Origin: a bacterium
GTDB lineage: Bacteria > Zhuqueibacterota > Zhuqueibacteria > Residuimicrobiales > Krinioviventaceae
Length of the DNA stretch: 64,000 nt
NCBI GenBank assembly: GCA_963693055.1
Contig: OY843751.1
Span: 608,001 to 672,000 of the forward strand
Reading direction: 5' to 3'
Positions 9,491 to 18,667 of the stretch are shown here, piece by piece; the first letter of the stretch is position 1, and the number at the start of each line of letters is the position of its first letter. The position numbers and the translations under genes are program-made. Below the pieces are notes generated by a model. It had not been told where the DNA came from, did not search any database, and worked only from the letters and a program-made list of their open reading frames with translations.

Positions 9491-9808
9491 TTAGTCGTTA
9501 CCCAGTTTAATCAGTATCATTTCAATAGTATCATTGATTTTTTTAATATCTTTGATCCGGCCTTTTTGAGGCTTTAATTTTAATAATTTCAGGCTTTCCA
9601 GCATTTCAGCAAGTTCATCTCTGTCTTGAGCGCCTTCGGGCAGGTCCTGCAATTCCGATGCTGTCAGGTTGTTAATGCTCCACACCATTTTAGCTTCAAG
9701 ATTGGCTTGGTACCGTTGTACAATATCGCGAAACTGAATACGTAATGCAGTCACTTCAGCGATGATTTCCTGGCGCAGCTTTTCCGGATTTTTCTTTTTA
9801 TCTATCAT
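9491..9808 (-). CDS. Small helical, basic hypothetical protein in the polyphosphate cluster
   Basis: 105-aa ORF with an ATGA overlap to the upstream kinase; basic patch LKLKPQKGRIKDIKKI. Confidence 0.7.
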   Translation of the reverse strand: MIDKKKNPEKLRQEIIAEVTALRIQFRDIVQRYQANLEAKMVWSINNLTASELQDLPEGAQDRDELAEMLESLKLLKLKPQKGRIKDIKKINDTIEMILIKLGND

Positions 9809-10494
9809 TTGGCTTTCTGTAACAAGAGTTCAATTTTTTTTTGCATATCCGCAGCTATGGTTCGTTGTGTACGGTTGCCGTTAATCATTTCAAAGTCATA
9901 TTGGTCGTGCAAGTTGCTGAATTCTGTTTTAATTTTGCGTTGATATTTGATAAAGCTTTCAAATACATCGCGAGATAAGCGGATATCCATGCCTGATTCC
10001 CAATAATCCAGTTGGTTTTTCTTTTGAAAATTTCTTTCAATCAGAAATCTGGGAGAAACATCGAGATAAAAAACCGCATCGGGAACCAATGCAAGGTTTT
10101 CATAAATGTTTTTCAACCAATCCGGATTAGCACCGCGAACAATGTCACGTGCCATTAATGTATAGATATATCTGTCTGCAAGCACAATAAACCCAGCCCG
10201 CAAAGCCGGAATGATAGTGTTTTCCATCTGGTCTGCAAAATCGGTTGCATAAAACAGACTCAGAGTGACAGGACTGAGAATGTTTCCCTGCATTGCCTGT
10301 TCCAGTTCCGCGCTTACCAGGTTTGAACGTTTTAATCCGACATTCACGGTTGCGTGACCGCTTCCTTCAAGCCAGTTGGTAAGGAGTCGTATTTGCGTTG
10401 AACGACCTGAACCATCTGCACCTTCAACTACGATCAGTTTTCCCGCCAGTTTATTTACATCGCAGCCGGGGATTCCCTTGCCGTAAAATTTCAT
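9805..10494 (-). CDS. Thymidylate-kinase-fold protein B (Walker A GADGSGRST, K->R); candidate PPK3-like subunit
   Basis: dTMP-kinase fold motifs (EGxDGSG, LADRY, PDAVFYLDV, ESGMD). Start re-assigned to ATG 10494 (MKFYG), which has an AAGGA RBS. Confidence 0.8.
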   Translation of the reverse strand: MKFYGKGIPGCDVNKLAGKLIVVEGADGSGRSTQIRLLTNWLEGSGHATVNVGLKRSNLVSAELEQAMQGNILSPVTLSLFYATDFADQMENTIIPALRAGFIVLADRYIYTLMARDIVRGANPDWLKNIYENLALVPDAVFYLDVSPRFLIERNFQKKNQLDYWESGMDIRLSRDVFESFIKYQRKIKTEFSNLHDQYDFEMINGNRTQRTIAADMQKKIELLLQKAK

Positions 10495-10504
10495 GATAGT
10501 ATCC

Positions 10505-11185
10505 TTACTTTTTAAGTTTGAACGATGGTAAATCGAAACGTTCATTCACGAGTTCACGAACAGTTTGTTGCTGCTGATCAACAGGTGCTGTTGCATCTAT
10601 GATTGTAAAATTAAATTCTTTTGCCATATTGTCATAAGCATCATTAATGCGTCCCTGAAAAATTCTAAAACTTTCATAGGGATCGGGAGACAGGTTCAAG
10701 TCCATACCTGCTTCATGATATTTTAATTCCGGCCGTCCTTCAAGAATCCGGTTAATTGCCGTGTTGGGGTTGAGTTTGAAATAAAGTGTAACATCTGGAA
10801 CTGAGGCAAAACTGTAATTGCTTTTTACCCAATCAGGATCGCAACCTCTAACCGTGTCACGCGCAAATGCAGTAAAAAAGTATCTGTCTGCTAATACAAT
10901 GTAACCGGCGCGCAATAAAGGCCAGATCTGACGTTCATAACGGTCTGCAAAATCTGTACAGTGTATAAGAGAAAATGTTGTGGGTGTGAGTAGCTGACGT
11001 TTTTTCCCTTTTTTAGTTGCAGCTTTGACCAGTAATGAAGAATTCCACTCTGTGAAAAATACTTTATACTGTTCAAGCTCCAACCAACGCTTGAGCAGGT
11101 AAATCTGTGTGGATTTTCCTGATCCATCTAATCCTTCCACGGCAATCAGGCGGCCGGGTGCGTTGTGCTTTTGTATCTTGACCAT
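10505..11185 (-). CDS. Thymidylate-kinase-fold protein A (canonical GLDGSGKST); candidate PPK3-like subunit
   Basis: EGLDGSGKSTQ, LADRY, PDVTLYF and EAGMD motifs; paralog of the downstream gene. Confidence 0.82.
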   Translation of the reverse strand: MVKIQKHNAPGRLIAVEGLDGSGKSTQIYLLKRWLELEQYKVFFTEWNSSLLVKAATKKGKKRQLLTPTTFSLIHCTDFADRYERQIWPLLRAGYIVLADRYFFTAFARDTVRGCDPDWVKSNYSFASVPDVTLYFKLNPNTAINRILEGRPELKYHEAGMDLNLSPDPYESFRIFQGRINDAYDNMAKEFNFTIIDATAPVDQQQQTVRELVNERFDLPSFKLKK

Positions 11186-11261
11186 AATTTTTCCATTTTT
11201 AAAATTATAAAAACATAATTTATTATTAATAATTCAAGAAAGCAAGGGAATATGTAAAATA

Positions 11262-12107
11262 TTACTCGGGAAGTTTAAATTTGTCTTTTAATTCTTTGAC
11301 AAAATCGACAGTTTTACGGATATCTTTAATCTGTTCTTCACCTGCAATTTCACGTTCAATAGTAAACGTGCCTTTGTAGTCCAGTTCGAATAATGTTCTA
11401 AAGAAATCCTGAAACAATACATCCCCGGTACCTGCCAGTACTTCGGTTCCCCATTCTTTTCCCGGATCTTTCGCCCACAAGGCGTCTTTAATGTGAACAC
11501 TTTTAACATAATTGCCAAGCAGTCGAAGTGCTGAAAGGGGTTCTCCCGCACCATATAAAATCATATTTGCAGGATCAAAATTAACCGCCAGATTTTCACG
11601 ATTTACAGATTCAATAAAGTTTAAGAGTATTTTGGCTTTTTCCTGACCGGTTTCCAGGTGCACGCGCATATTTCGTTCTCCGCAATAGTCGCAGAGTTTT
11701 TGTGTGGCATCTACAAGCCGGGTAAATGTTTCGGATTTGATCTTTTCAGGTATAAAGCCTATGTGCATTCCAATAGCAGGTATGTTCATGGATTTAGCAA
11801 AGTCTGCAATTTCAATACATTCCTGAAAACGCGACTCAAAAGTATCTGCGGGAGCAAGGCCTACTGTCTCTTCAACTTTTTGAATGCTATCATAACTTTC
11901 GCCTTCAAAGCCGCAAAACAAGATGGTGATCTCTATGGATGCGTCTTTGAATAGTTGTAATAGTTCTTTTTGTTTTTCTGCTGTACGCTCACCCTGCGGT
12001 GGAGTCAGCACCTGTGCTGTAGGAATATCCAAAGATTTGGCGGCGTTTAGACGAGTAACCAAGTGTTCATCGGGAATAATAAATATACCAAGAGGATTTT
12101 TGTCCAT
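11262..12107 (-). CDS. Sugar phosphate isomerase/epimerase (xylose-isomerase-like TIM barrel)
   Basis: HIGFIP, LETGQE, NFDPAN, VHIKD and IEREI metal-binding motifs. Confidence 0.85.
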   Translation of the reverse strand: MDKNPLGIFIIPDEHLVTRLNAAKSLDIPTAQVLTPPQGERTAEKQKELLQLFKDASIEITILFCGFEGESYDSIQKVEETVGLAPADTFESRFQECIEIADFAKSMNIPAIGMHIGFIPEKIKSETFTRLVDATQKLCDYCGERNMRVHLETGQEKAKILLNFIESVNRENLAVNFDPANMILYGAGEPLSALRLLGNYVKSVHIKDALWAKDPGKEWGTEVLAGTGDVLFQDFFRTLFELDYKGTFTIEREIAGEEQIKDIRKTVDFVKELKDKFKLPE

Positions 12108-12230
12108 TTGAAAAACCTGCTTTGTTATAATAGATAATATGTTTAAATTTGATATAATTTTCTAATATAGTAAAATTGTTTCCGGTTGTCAAGCTTTTCA
12201 GGACAGCCTGCTGATATTAAAGGAATTGTT

Positions 12231-13250
12231 ATGAATAAAAAATTTGACTGGAAAATAGCGGCGGGAATACTCGTCAGTCTGTTTTTTATGTATTTTGCCT
12301 TCCGCAAAGTAGATATCTCTCAAATGGGTTCGGCATTTGCAAAGGCCAATTATTGGTATTTGTTGCCAGTTGTGGTTATTCTGTTATTCAGTCATTTACT
12401 TAGGGCCTGGCGATGGAAGTTGTTGCTGACCCCGCTTGGAAATATCAGTATGCTGAATGTTTATTCCGCGCTCATGATTGGTTATATGGCAAATACCTTT
12501 GTGCCCGCACACCTGGGTGAGATTTTTAGGGCATATGTTGTGGGACGAAAGAGCGAAATTTCTTCTAGTGCTGTATTTGCCACGGTAGTGGTTGAGCGTG
12601 TGCTGGATATGATAAGCCTTGTTGTTTTGTTGGCGTTAACGCTGGTTATTTATCCATTTCCGGATTGGGTGAAAAAAAGCGGGTATATTTCTTTTGTGTT
12701 TATTGCCGTATTTGTTGCGGTGTTGGTACTTTTGAAGGTATTCAAAGAACCCGGTTTAAAGCTTTTAAAAAGAATATTGAGTATTTTTCCTGAAAAATTT
12801 AGTCTTACAATTTATGACCTGGTTAAATCCTTTTTGGATGGTATTGTTCCTCTGAAACATTGGCACCATTATTTCACAATCGTTGTTATAACGGTATTTA
12901 TGTGGGCCTGCTATGCTTTTATTTTCAATCTTTCCTTTTATGCTTTTGATTTTGTAAATGCTTATGATGTGCCCTGGAAAGCATCTTTAGCGCTGCTAGT
13001 TGTAACGACAATCAGTATTGCTGTGCCTTCATCTCCCGGATATGTGGGGACTTATCATTATCTTTGTCAGCAGGGTTTGAGCTGGTTCAATGTGCCTGAA
13101 AGTGAAGCGCTCAGCTTTGCATTTGTGGCGCATGGTATGAATTTTATACCTGTTTTGATACTTGGATTTTTCTTTTTGTCTTACGAAGGGTTGAGTTTCA
13201 GGAACCTGCAGAAAAAGCCAGATATACCTTTGACTGAAAAAACAGATTAA
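12231..13250 (+). CDS. Lysylphosphatidylglycerol-synthase TM / YbhN-like flippase-domain membrane protein
   Basis: RAWRW, GYMANTFVPAHLGE, VVERVLD and PSSPGYVG motifs; ATG 12231 follows AAGGA. Confidence 0.85.
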   Translation: MNKKFDWKIAAGILVSLFFMYFAFRKVDISQMGSAFAKANYWYLLPVVVILLFSHLLRAWRWKLLLTPLGNISMLNVYSALMIGYMANTFVPAHLGEIFRAYVVGRKSEISSSAVFATVVVERVLDMISLVVLLALTLVIYPFPDWVKKSGYISFVFIAVFVAVLVLLKVFKEPGLKLLKRILSIFPEKFSLTIYDLVKSFLDGIVPLKHWHHYFTIVVITVFMWACYAFIFNLSFYAFDFVNAYDVPWKASLALLVVTTISIAVPSSPGYVGTYHYLCQQGLSWFNVPESEALSFAFVAHGMNFIPVLILGFFFLSYEGLSFRNLQKKPDIPLTEKTD

Positions 13251-15649
13251 ACCATTAAAGCACTACTATATTCATCATTAACCGTATCGACCTGAATGAT
13301 CACCGGCAGCATATCTTTGATCGGTTCAATATGGGTAATGATGAATACCTGCCTGAACTGGGTTGAAAGCTGCCCCAAAGCTGTTAAAATTAAATCACGT
13401 CGCTCTGAATCCTGCGATCCAAAAATCTCATCTAAAACAATAAAGTTGACCGGTGCACCACCACTGCGTTCAGCTACAATCTGGCTGATTGCTATGCGTA
13501 AACAGAGATTGGCAAGATCCTGCTCTCCACCGGAAAACCTACCAATGGGAAAGGATTCGCTGCCGTCATAAATACGGATGTTGTAATCGTTGTCCAGTTC
13601 CATCAGGTTGTAACGCGAGTGTGTAGTCAGAGCAAGTAATGCGGATGCCTGTTGTGCGATGAGCGGCCGCACCCGGGAAGCCAATTCGGACCGGAATGTG
13701 CCAAAATGTTTATCCAGAGCATTGAGATACAGGATCTCTTCTTTGATGGTTTGTATATTGTCCCGAATTTCTTTTTGTGCTTTAATTTCAGACTCTATAG
13801 CATCAAGCCGTGTTTTGAGTTCGGCAAGCTTTTCACGGGAACCGGCAAGCACTTGTTTTGCCTCATCGGCTTCACGTGACTGCATATCTACCTGGCTCTT
13901 TGAGGTATTGTAAGCAGTTGGGTCAAAATTAAGGTTTTTTTGACGATCAAGCAGGGATTTGATATCATTTTCGAGCTGTTTGATGTTTTTGTCTGTAATA
14001 GAAATATCTTTTTCTACTCCGGACTTTCGTTTAACCTGCTCTTCGGCACGAGCGGTTTTATTTTTGATCTCGAGCAGGGACTCATATTGAGCTTTTAAAG
14101 CGTCATGTTCATCTTTAGAGTAGGGAGTGTCTCCCAACTGGTCCAGTTCTTTTTGAACAAGCTCGAGTTGTTGCGTATAGCTTGTAATGGTTTCCTGGAT
14201 TCGGTTTTGTACATCAACCGCTTCAAGGGCTCGCTGTTGTTTTTTAAACAACTGTTCACGTTCACCGCGTATTTTGCGAATGGATTGTTCGGTTTCTTTG
14301 AGCTTTTCATCTATATCTGCTTCTTTATTTTTGAGCGAAACCAGATCTGCTCGCAGCTTTTTTAAAAGCTGGTCCATTTCTTCAGAAACGGAATGCAGAT
14401 GGTCTCCCAGTCGCTGTGAACACAGGGGGCATTTACCATCCGGTCCAATCTCTTTGAGCTGATCCAGTTTTTTACGCTCTTTTTGTCCCTGCTCGGTAAT
14501 AGCAAGTGTTGAACCTTTAATCTCTGTCAATTGCTGCTGCAAATGTTTCTGTTTTTCTTCAGCCTGTTTTTCCTGCCCGGACAACTGATCGATCTGTTTT
14601 TCAATTTCTTTCAGGTCCTGAGCTTTTGCCTGATATTCGGAAAATCGCTTTTCTTCGCGTGAGATGTTTTCCTGCATGCGCATTTGTTCTTTTAATCGCG
14701 ATTGGCGGGCAGTATCATTAAGCTGTTCACGGTCCATCTGTTCTTTTTTGGCTTTGATCTCGCTAAAGGGGGCAAGCTGGATTTCCAGTTCTTTTAATGT
14801 TTTTTCTGCCTGCAGGATGTTCTCAAGATCGGTTTGAGAGCGGGACAACATCTCGTTGCTGCCTTCCAGGCTTGAACGAGTACGACCCAGTTGAGAGTCA
14901 AGGTCGATAAACTGCTCGCGCAATACTGAAAGTTTTTCAAATTCGGTTTTGCTCTCGGCAAGTGCTTTGGTTTTTTGTTCTACAAGATCGGTTTGGTTTT
15001 TAACGGTTTCGGTTTGTGTTGTGTGGGATTTTTTTATATCCTCAAGTGTTTGCTTCAATTCATCAATATCTTTTAATGAGGAAACCTGGCCGTTCATGAA
15101 CTGTTGTTTATTGTTGCGGTCGATACGGACTTGTTTACGAGCCGAATCGATTTTGTCTATACCAATTAATCGGTTAATGCTTTTACGGCGCTCTTCAGGT
15201 GACAGGGAGGATAGCTTGTCAAGGTCCTTTTGTCTTGCAAAAACCGAAGCGGTAAAAGCGTTATAATCCAGTTGCAACAGGTTCTGGATGAACTCGTCTA
15301 CGCCACGGTCCTGCACCGCTACAGGATCGTCGTTACCATCCCGGTAAACCGCAGCTTCACTGGTAGCGTTTTTCCCCTTGAGCTTGCGGACAATCTTGTA
15401 TTCATGATCACCAAAATTAAAGGTCATTTCCACAATGCATTGAGATTTATCCGGGGCGTTTTGTGAACGGATATCCTGTTTTTCAGTCCTTCCCAGGCGG
15501 TTACCGTACAAAACCCATCCGATGGCTTCTATCAAAGTGGATTTACCAGAACCATTTCTGCCTATTATGCCGATGAGGTTTTCAGGGAATTCCAGTTCGA
15601 GTGAGCTGAAACGGCGATAATTTTCCAATTTGAGTGTTTTTATGATCAT
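13247..15649 (-). CDS. sbcC: SbcC/Rad50-like SMC ATPase
   Basis: LENYRRF, Walker A GRNGSGKST, long coiled coils, zinc hook CPLC, signature FSGGE, Walker B IVLDE. Start re-assigned to ATG 15649 (MIIKTL). Confidence 0.85.
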   Translation of the reverse strand: MIIKTLKLENYRRFSSLELEFPENLIGIIGRNGSGKSTLIEAIGWVLYGNRLGRTEKQDIRSQNAPDKSQCIVEMTFNFGDHEYKIVRKLKGKNATSEAAVYRDGNDDPVAVQDRGVDEFIQNLLQLDYNAFTASVFARQKDLDKLSSLSPEERRKSINRLIGIDKIDSARKQVRIDRNNKQQFMNGQVSSLKDIDELKQTLEDIKKSHTTQTETVKNQTDLVEQKTKALAESKTEFEKLSVLREQFIDLDSQLGRTRSSLEGSNEMLSRSQTDLENILQAEKTLKELEIQLAPFSEIKAKKEQMDREQLNDTARQSRLKEQMRMQENISREEKRFSEYQAKAQDLKEIEKQIDQLSGQEKQAEEKQKHLQQQLTEIKGSTLAITEQGQKERKKLDQLKEIGPDGKCPLCSQRLGDHLHSVSEEMDQLLKKLRADLVSLKNKEADIDEKLKETEQSIRKIRGEREQLFKKQQRALEAVDVQNRIQETITSYTQQLELVQKELDQLGDTPYSKDEHDALKAQYESLLEIKNKTARAEEQVKRKSGVEKDISITDKNIKQLENDIKSLLDRQKNLNFDPTAYNTSKSQVDMQSREADEAKQVLAGSREKLAELKTRLDAIESEIKAQKEIRDNIQTIKEEILYLNALDKHFGTFRSELASRVRPLIAQQASALLALTTHSRYNLMELDNDYNIRIYDGSESFPIGRFSGGEQDLANLCLRIAISQIVAERSGGAPVNFIVLDEIFGSQDSERRDLILTALGQLSTQFRQVFIITHIEPIKDMLPVIIQVDTVNDEYSSALMV

Positions 15650-15799
15650 GTTGTGAACCCTTTTTGGTGATATATAATATAAAGAAAAATGTGAAAAATT
15701 AACATGAATTTTTATGAAATACTTGTTTTTTTTGTCAATCTTTATTATATTCAATGCTACAACTGTGTTTACAAGCGAGTTTATATATAGGAGATTCTC

Positions 15800-16000
15800 A
15801 TGGCTAAGAAACAAATGACATTTGAACAAAAGGTGAGCAAAGGCCACGCTCCCAACGACAAATACGTACAAGTTGTATGTGCTTATAAATCAGAAGCAGA
15901 TACCTGGAAATACAAACAAAAAAATGTACGTATTCCTGATGGACAAAATGAAGATCAGGTTGTTGACAGTGAGATTAAAAGAATTCAGGCTACTGCATAA
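15800..16000 (+). CDS. Small basic protein (DUF4295-like)
   Basis: Strong AGGAG RBS and MAKK start. The KYVQVV..YKS...WKYK..V pattern resembles DUF4295 proteins (family call uncertain). Confidence 0.6.
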   Translation: MAKKQMTFEQKVSKGHAPNDKYVQVVCAYKSEADTWKYKQKNVRIPDGQNEDQVVDSEIKRIQATA

Positions 16001-16018
16001 AAATAAAGGCGAATAGCT

Positions 16019-16285
16019 ATGCCAGTTAGCAAAGAGTTGTTGGAAATTTTATGCTGTCCCAAGTCCCGGGTTTCTTTGTTTGAATTGACTGGTGATCAGA
16101 TCACCCGTTTGAATGAGCAAATTAAATCCCGTGATGTTCAATATGTGGATGGTAAAAAGGTTGACAAACCCTTGCAAGAAGGATTGATCACCGAAGATAA
16201 AAAAACGATCTATCGGGTAGATGACGAGATCCCTATTATGTTGATTGATATGGGCATTCCGGTAGAGCAGTTTAAAGATTTTTGA
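16019..16285 (+). CDS. Trm112-like protein
   Basis: LLEILCCP at the N-terminus and YRVDDEIPIML at the C-terminus. Confidence 0.82.
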   Translation: MPVSKELLEILCCPKSRVSLFELTGDQITRLNEQIKSRDVQYVDGKKVDKPLQEGLITEDKKTIYRVDDEIPIMLIDMGIPVEQFKDF

Positions 16286-16304
16286 TTGTGATTTTATTGA
16301 TTTC

Positions 16305-16340
16305 AAGGGTGTACAAGTGTATTGTGCACCCTTTTTTTTT
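16305..16340 (+). terminator. Intrinsic terminator
   Basis: AAGGGTGTACAA/TTGTGCACCCTT stem followed by a long T run. Confidence 0.85.
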
Positions 16341-16359
16341 ATTTTAAACGGGGTATATT

Positions 16360-16716
16360 ATGAAAATAAAAAATTCTACAATTATACCTGCGGCGGGTGA
16401 ACCGCCCAAGATCATTGAAGAGTTTGTTGGCCGGGTCAATTCCAATACATCGGATGTGAGCATTGCACGCATGAAAAGCCCTTCCGGGTGGAGCGAACCC
16501 CCGCAAATCCCCGAGTTTGATGAATATACCGTTGTACTAAAAGGCGCTTTGCATATCGTAATGGACGATCAGGAATTTGACGTAACTGCGGGAGAATCCT
16601 TGATCGTACCCAGGGGTACTCGGGTTCAATACAGTACACCGGGGCCTGATGGGGCCGAGTATTTTGCCGTATGTATTCCGGCATTTTCACCGGATACGGT
16701 ACACCGGGAAGAATAA
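16360..16716 (+). CDS. Cupin-domain protein (EutQ-like)
   Basis: IEEFVGRVNS, PSGWSEPPQ.PEFDEYTVVLKG and AVCIPAFSP. Confidence 0.8.
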   Translation: MKIKNSTIIPAAGEPPKIIEEFVGRVNSNTSDVSIARMKSPSGWSEPPQIPEFDEYTVVLKGALHIVMDDQEFDVTAGESLIVPRGTRVQYSTPGPDGAEYFAVCIPAFSPDTVHREE

Positions 16717-16820
16717 TCGTTTTTTATATCCACATCTATAAAATTTATTAATATTTTACACAAACCGCATGTTAATGTAGACGCCGGTTTGTGTCTGGTT
16801 ATTTTGGAAAGGTTTGACCT

Positions 16821-17408
16821 ATGTGTAATTATTTGAAAATTGCTGAACAGGACATGAAACGTGCGCATGAGATTATTAGTGAAACCGGTGTTTTGGAAGC
16901 ATGGCAGTCAATTGGCGCAACTGTGAATCTGGTTGGTTCATTAAAAACTGAACTGTTAATGAATAATCTGGATATTGATTTTCATATCTATTCGGAAGAG
17001 ATTGATGTTGCAGCGAGTTTTTGCGCTATCGCAGCCATCGCTCAAAATCCACGTATCAAAAATGTTCAATATGTAAATCAAATGGACACGGATGAAAAAT
17101 GTTTGGAATGGCATATTGATTATATTGATACGGATGAGCGCAAGTGGAAGATTGACATGATCCATATTCTTAAAGGCTCATTGTATGACGGATATTTTGA
17201 AAACGTAGCAGACCGGATTGCTGCGGTTTTAACTCCAGAAACGCGTAGTGCCATTTTGTCCATTAAATATGATTTGCCGGATGATGAAAAAGTAATGGGG
17301 ATTTTGATATACCAGGCCGTCATTCGGGACGGGATACGAAATTATGATGAATTTAAATCGTGGAAAGAACAAAATCCGGTTGACGGTATTATCGAGTGGG
17401 TGCCCTGA
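16821..17408 (+). CDS. Pol-beta-superfamily nucleotidyltransferase-like protein
   Basis: GS..x..DID motif (VGSLKTELLMNNLDIDFH) with a later acidic residue in WKIDMIH. Confidence 0.6.
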   Translation: MCNYLKIAEQDMKRAHEIISETGVLEAWQSIGATVNLVGSLKTELLMNNLDIDFHIYSEEIDVAASFCAIAAIAQNPRIKNVQYVNQMDTDEKCLEWHIDYIDTDERKWKIDMIHILKGSLYDGYFENVADRIAAVLTPETRSAILSIKYDLPDDEKVMGILIYQAVIRDGIRNYDEFKSWKEQNPVDGIIEWVP

Positions 17409-17506
17409 TCTACAGGTTTGCTCGTTCCAGACGCAGCAGTTCCGCTTTCATATCCCAACCGCAATTGAGAAATGTCAATAGTTATTGTCAACCGTTTTAA
17501 GGGTGG

Positions 17507-18199
17507 CTAGAAATTTACGCCAAAAACATGCACCAGTGTAAGATAGATGCCAACCAGTATAAAAATTGTTCCGGTTACGCAACGGCCCCATTTCTCAATT
17601 ACCGTGATGTTGTTATACGCTTTGGATATGTATTGCGTGCCCAAGGATATGATTATAGCAAAAGCCAGTACCGGCAAGCCCGTTGCAATACCATAGACCA
17701 TGGGAAGCCAAACCCCGGAACCCATTTTAACGGCAATGGGGAGCAGGCTGCCAAAAAACAAGGCGGCAGATACAGGACAAAAAGAGAGCGCGAAAAGAAT
17801 ACCCAGAAAAAACGGCGCCCATAATCCCCAACTCCCGATCTTTGCCTGCAATTTCATACTGGTACCGGGAGAAACGAGCCGAATGTTTAATAACTCGAGC
17901 AATACCATACCCACCAAAATCAGCAGGGGGCCCAGTGCCATGTTGATATATTTCTGCATAAAATGCGATAGCCCCGGTGCGTTCAACAGGCTGGAAACCA
18001 GGATGATACCCAGCCACATATAAGCCAGGGTTCTTCCGGCTGTATACAACAGTCCGGTAATCAGCACGCGTTTGGGTTTATCCGCCTGCTTGCCGATAAA
18101 AGAGATGGCCGCAATATTGGTTGCCATTGGGCAGGGACTAATGGATGTAAGAATGCCCAGCCAGAAAGCTGTGCCTAGCGAGAGTAAGAGTTCTGCCAT
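17507..18199 (-). CDS. ArsG-like / DsbD-CcdA-family membrane protein (copy 2)
   Basis: LGILTSISPCP and FALSFCP motifs (two membrane Cys); 6-7 TM helices; TGATG overlap with the upstream gene. Confidence 0.8.
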   Translation of the reverse strand: MAELLLSLGTAFWLGILTSISPCPMATNIAAISFIGKQADKPKRVLITGLLYTAGRTLAYMWLGIILVSSLLNAPGLSHFMQKYINMALGPLLILVGMVLLELLNIRLVSPGTSMKLQAKIGSWGLWAPFFLGILFALSFCPVSAALFFGSLLPIAVKMGSGVWLPMVYGIATGLPVLAFAIIISLGTQYISKAYNNITVIEKWGRCVTGTIFILVGIYLTLVHVFGVNF

Positions 18200-18654
18200 C
18201 AGATGCTTGCCAGTAAATCACGGGTTTCAGTCTGGATATAATCCACATATTTTTCTTTTTCGGGAACCAGTTCCCATACCCGTTCCAGGTTTTTCCAGCT
18301 TTTCTGCTCACCCTTGACAAATTGAACCACAACGACTGATTTTGTGGTAAGCTGATAATCCTGAATATAGTGTTCATTGCCCGGAACATCGGTATTGACG
18401 GTGCGGAATTCGATCTTGCCCTTGTTCATTTCATTTACAAAACCGGTTTCAATGGCTTCTTTTGCATAGGCTTCTATGGTTTTGCAGGTGGTGCAGCGCA
18501 TATTGCCATGGAAATAATAAGCAACCACTTTGGTTTGATTGTCTGTTGCTGTCACATTGGTTGCAGATTTATTGTTCTGGCTCCATACCATATACACGAT
18601 ACTGACAGCTACAAAGGCAAGCAATACAATGCTTAGCAGTTTTTTGGGTTTCAT
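18199..18654 (-). CDS. ArsF-like exported thioredoxin-fold protein (copy 2)
   Basis: Signal anchor followed by YYFHGNMRCTTC (CxxC). Confidence 0.78.
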   Translation of the reverse strand: MKPKKLLSIVLLAFVAVSIVYMVWSQNNKSATNVTATDNQTKVVAYYFHGNMRCTTCKTIEAYAKEAIETGFVNEMNKGKIEFRTVNTDVPGNEHYIQDYQLTTKSVVVVQFVKGEQKSWKNLERVWELVPEKEKYVDYIQTETRDLLASI

Positions 18655-18667
18655 TTTTTACCTCTTG

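Noticed and set aside
9805-11185. Annotation as ordinary tmk
   Set aside because: The tandem duplication, the Walker A K->R change in one copy and the ppx context argue against it, so no gene symbol was assigned.
15650-15871. 74-aa N-terminal extension of SbcC in the ORF track
   Set aside because: Overlaps the divergent gene and promoter region; family homology begins at MIIKTL (15649).
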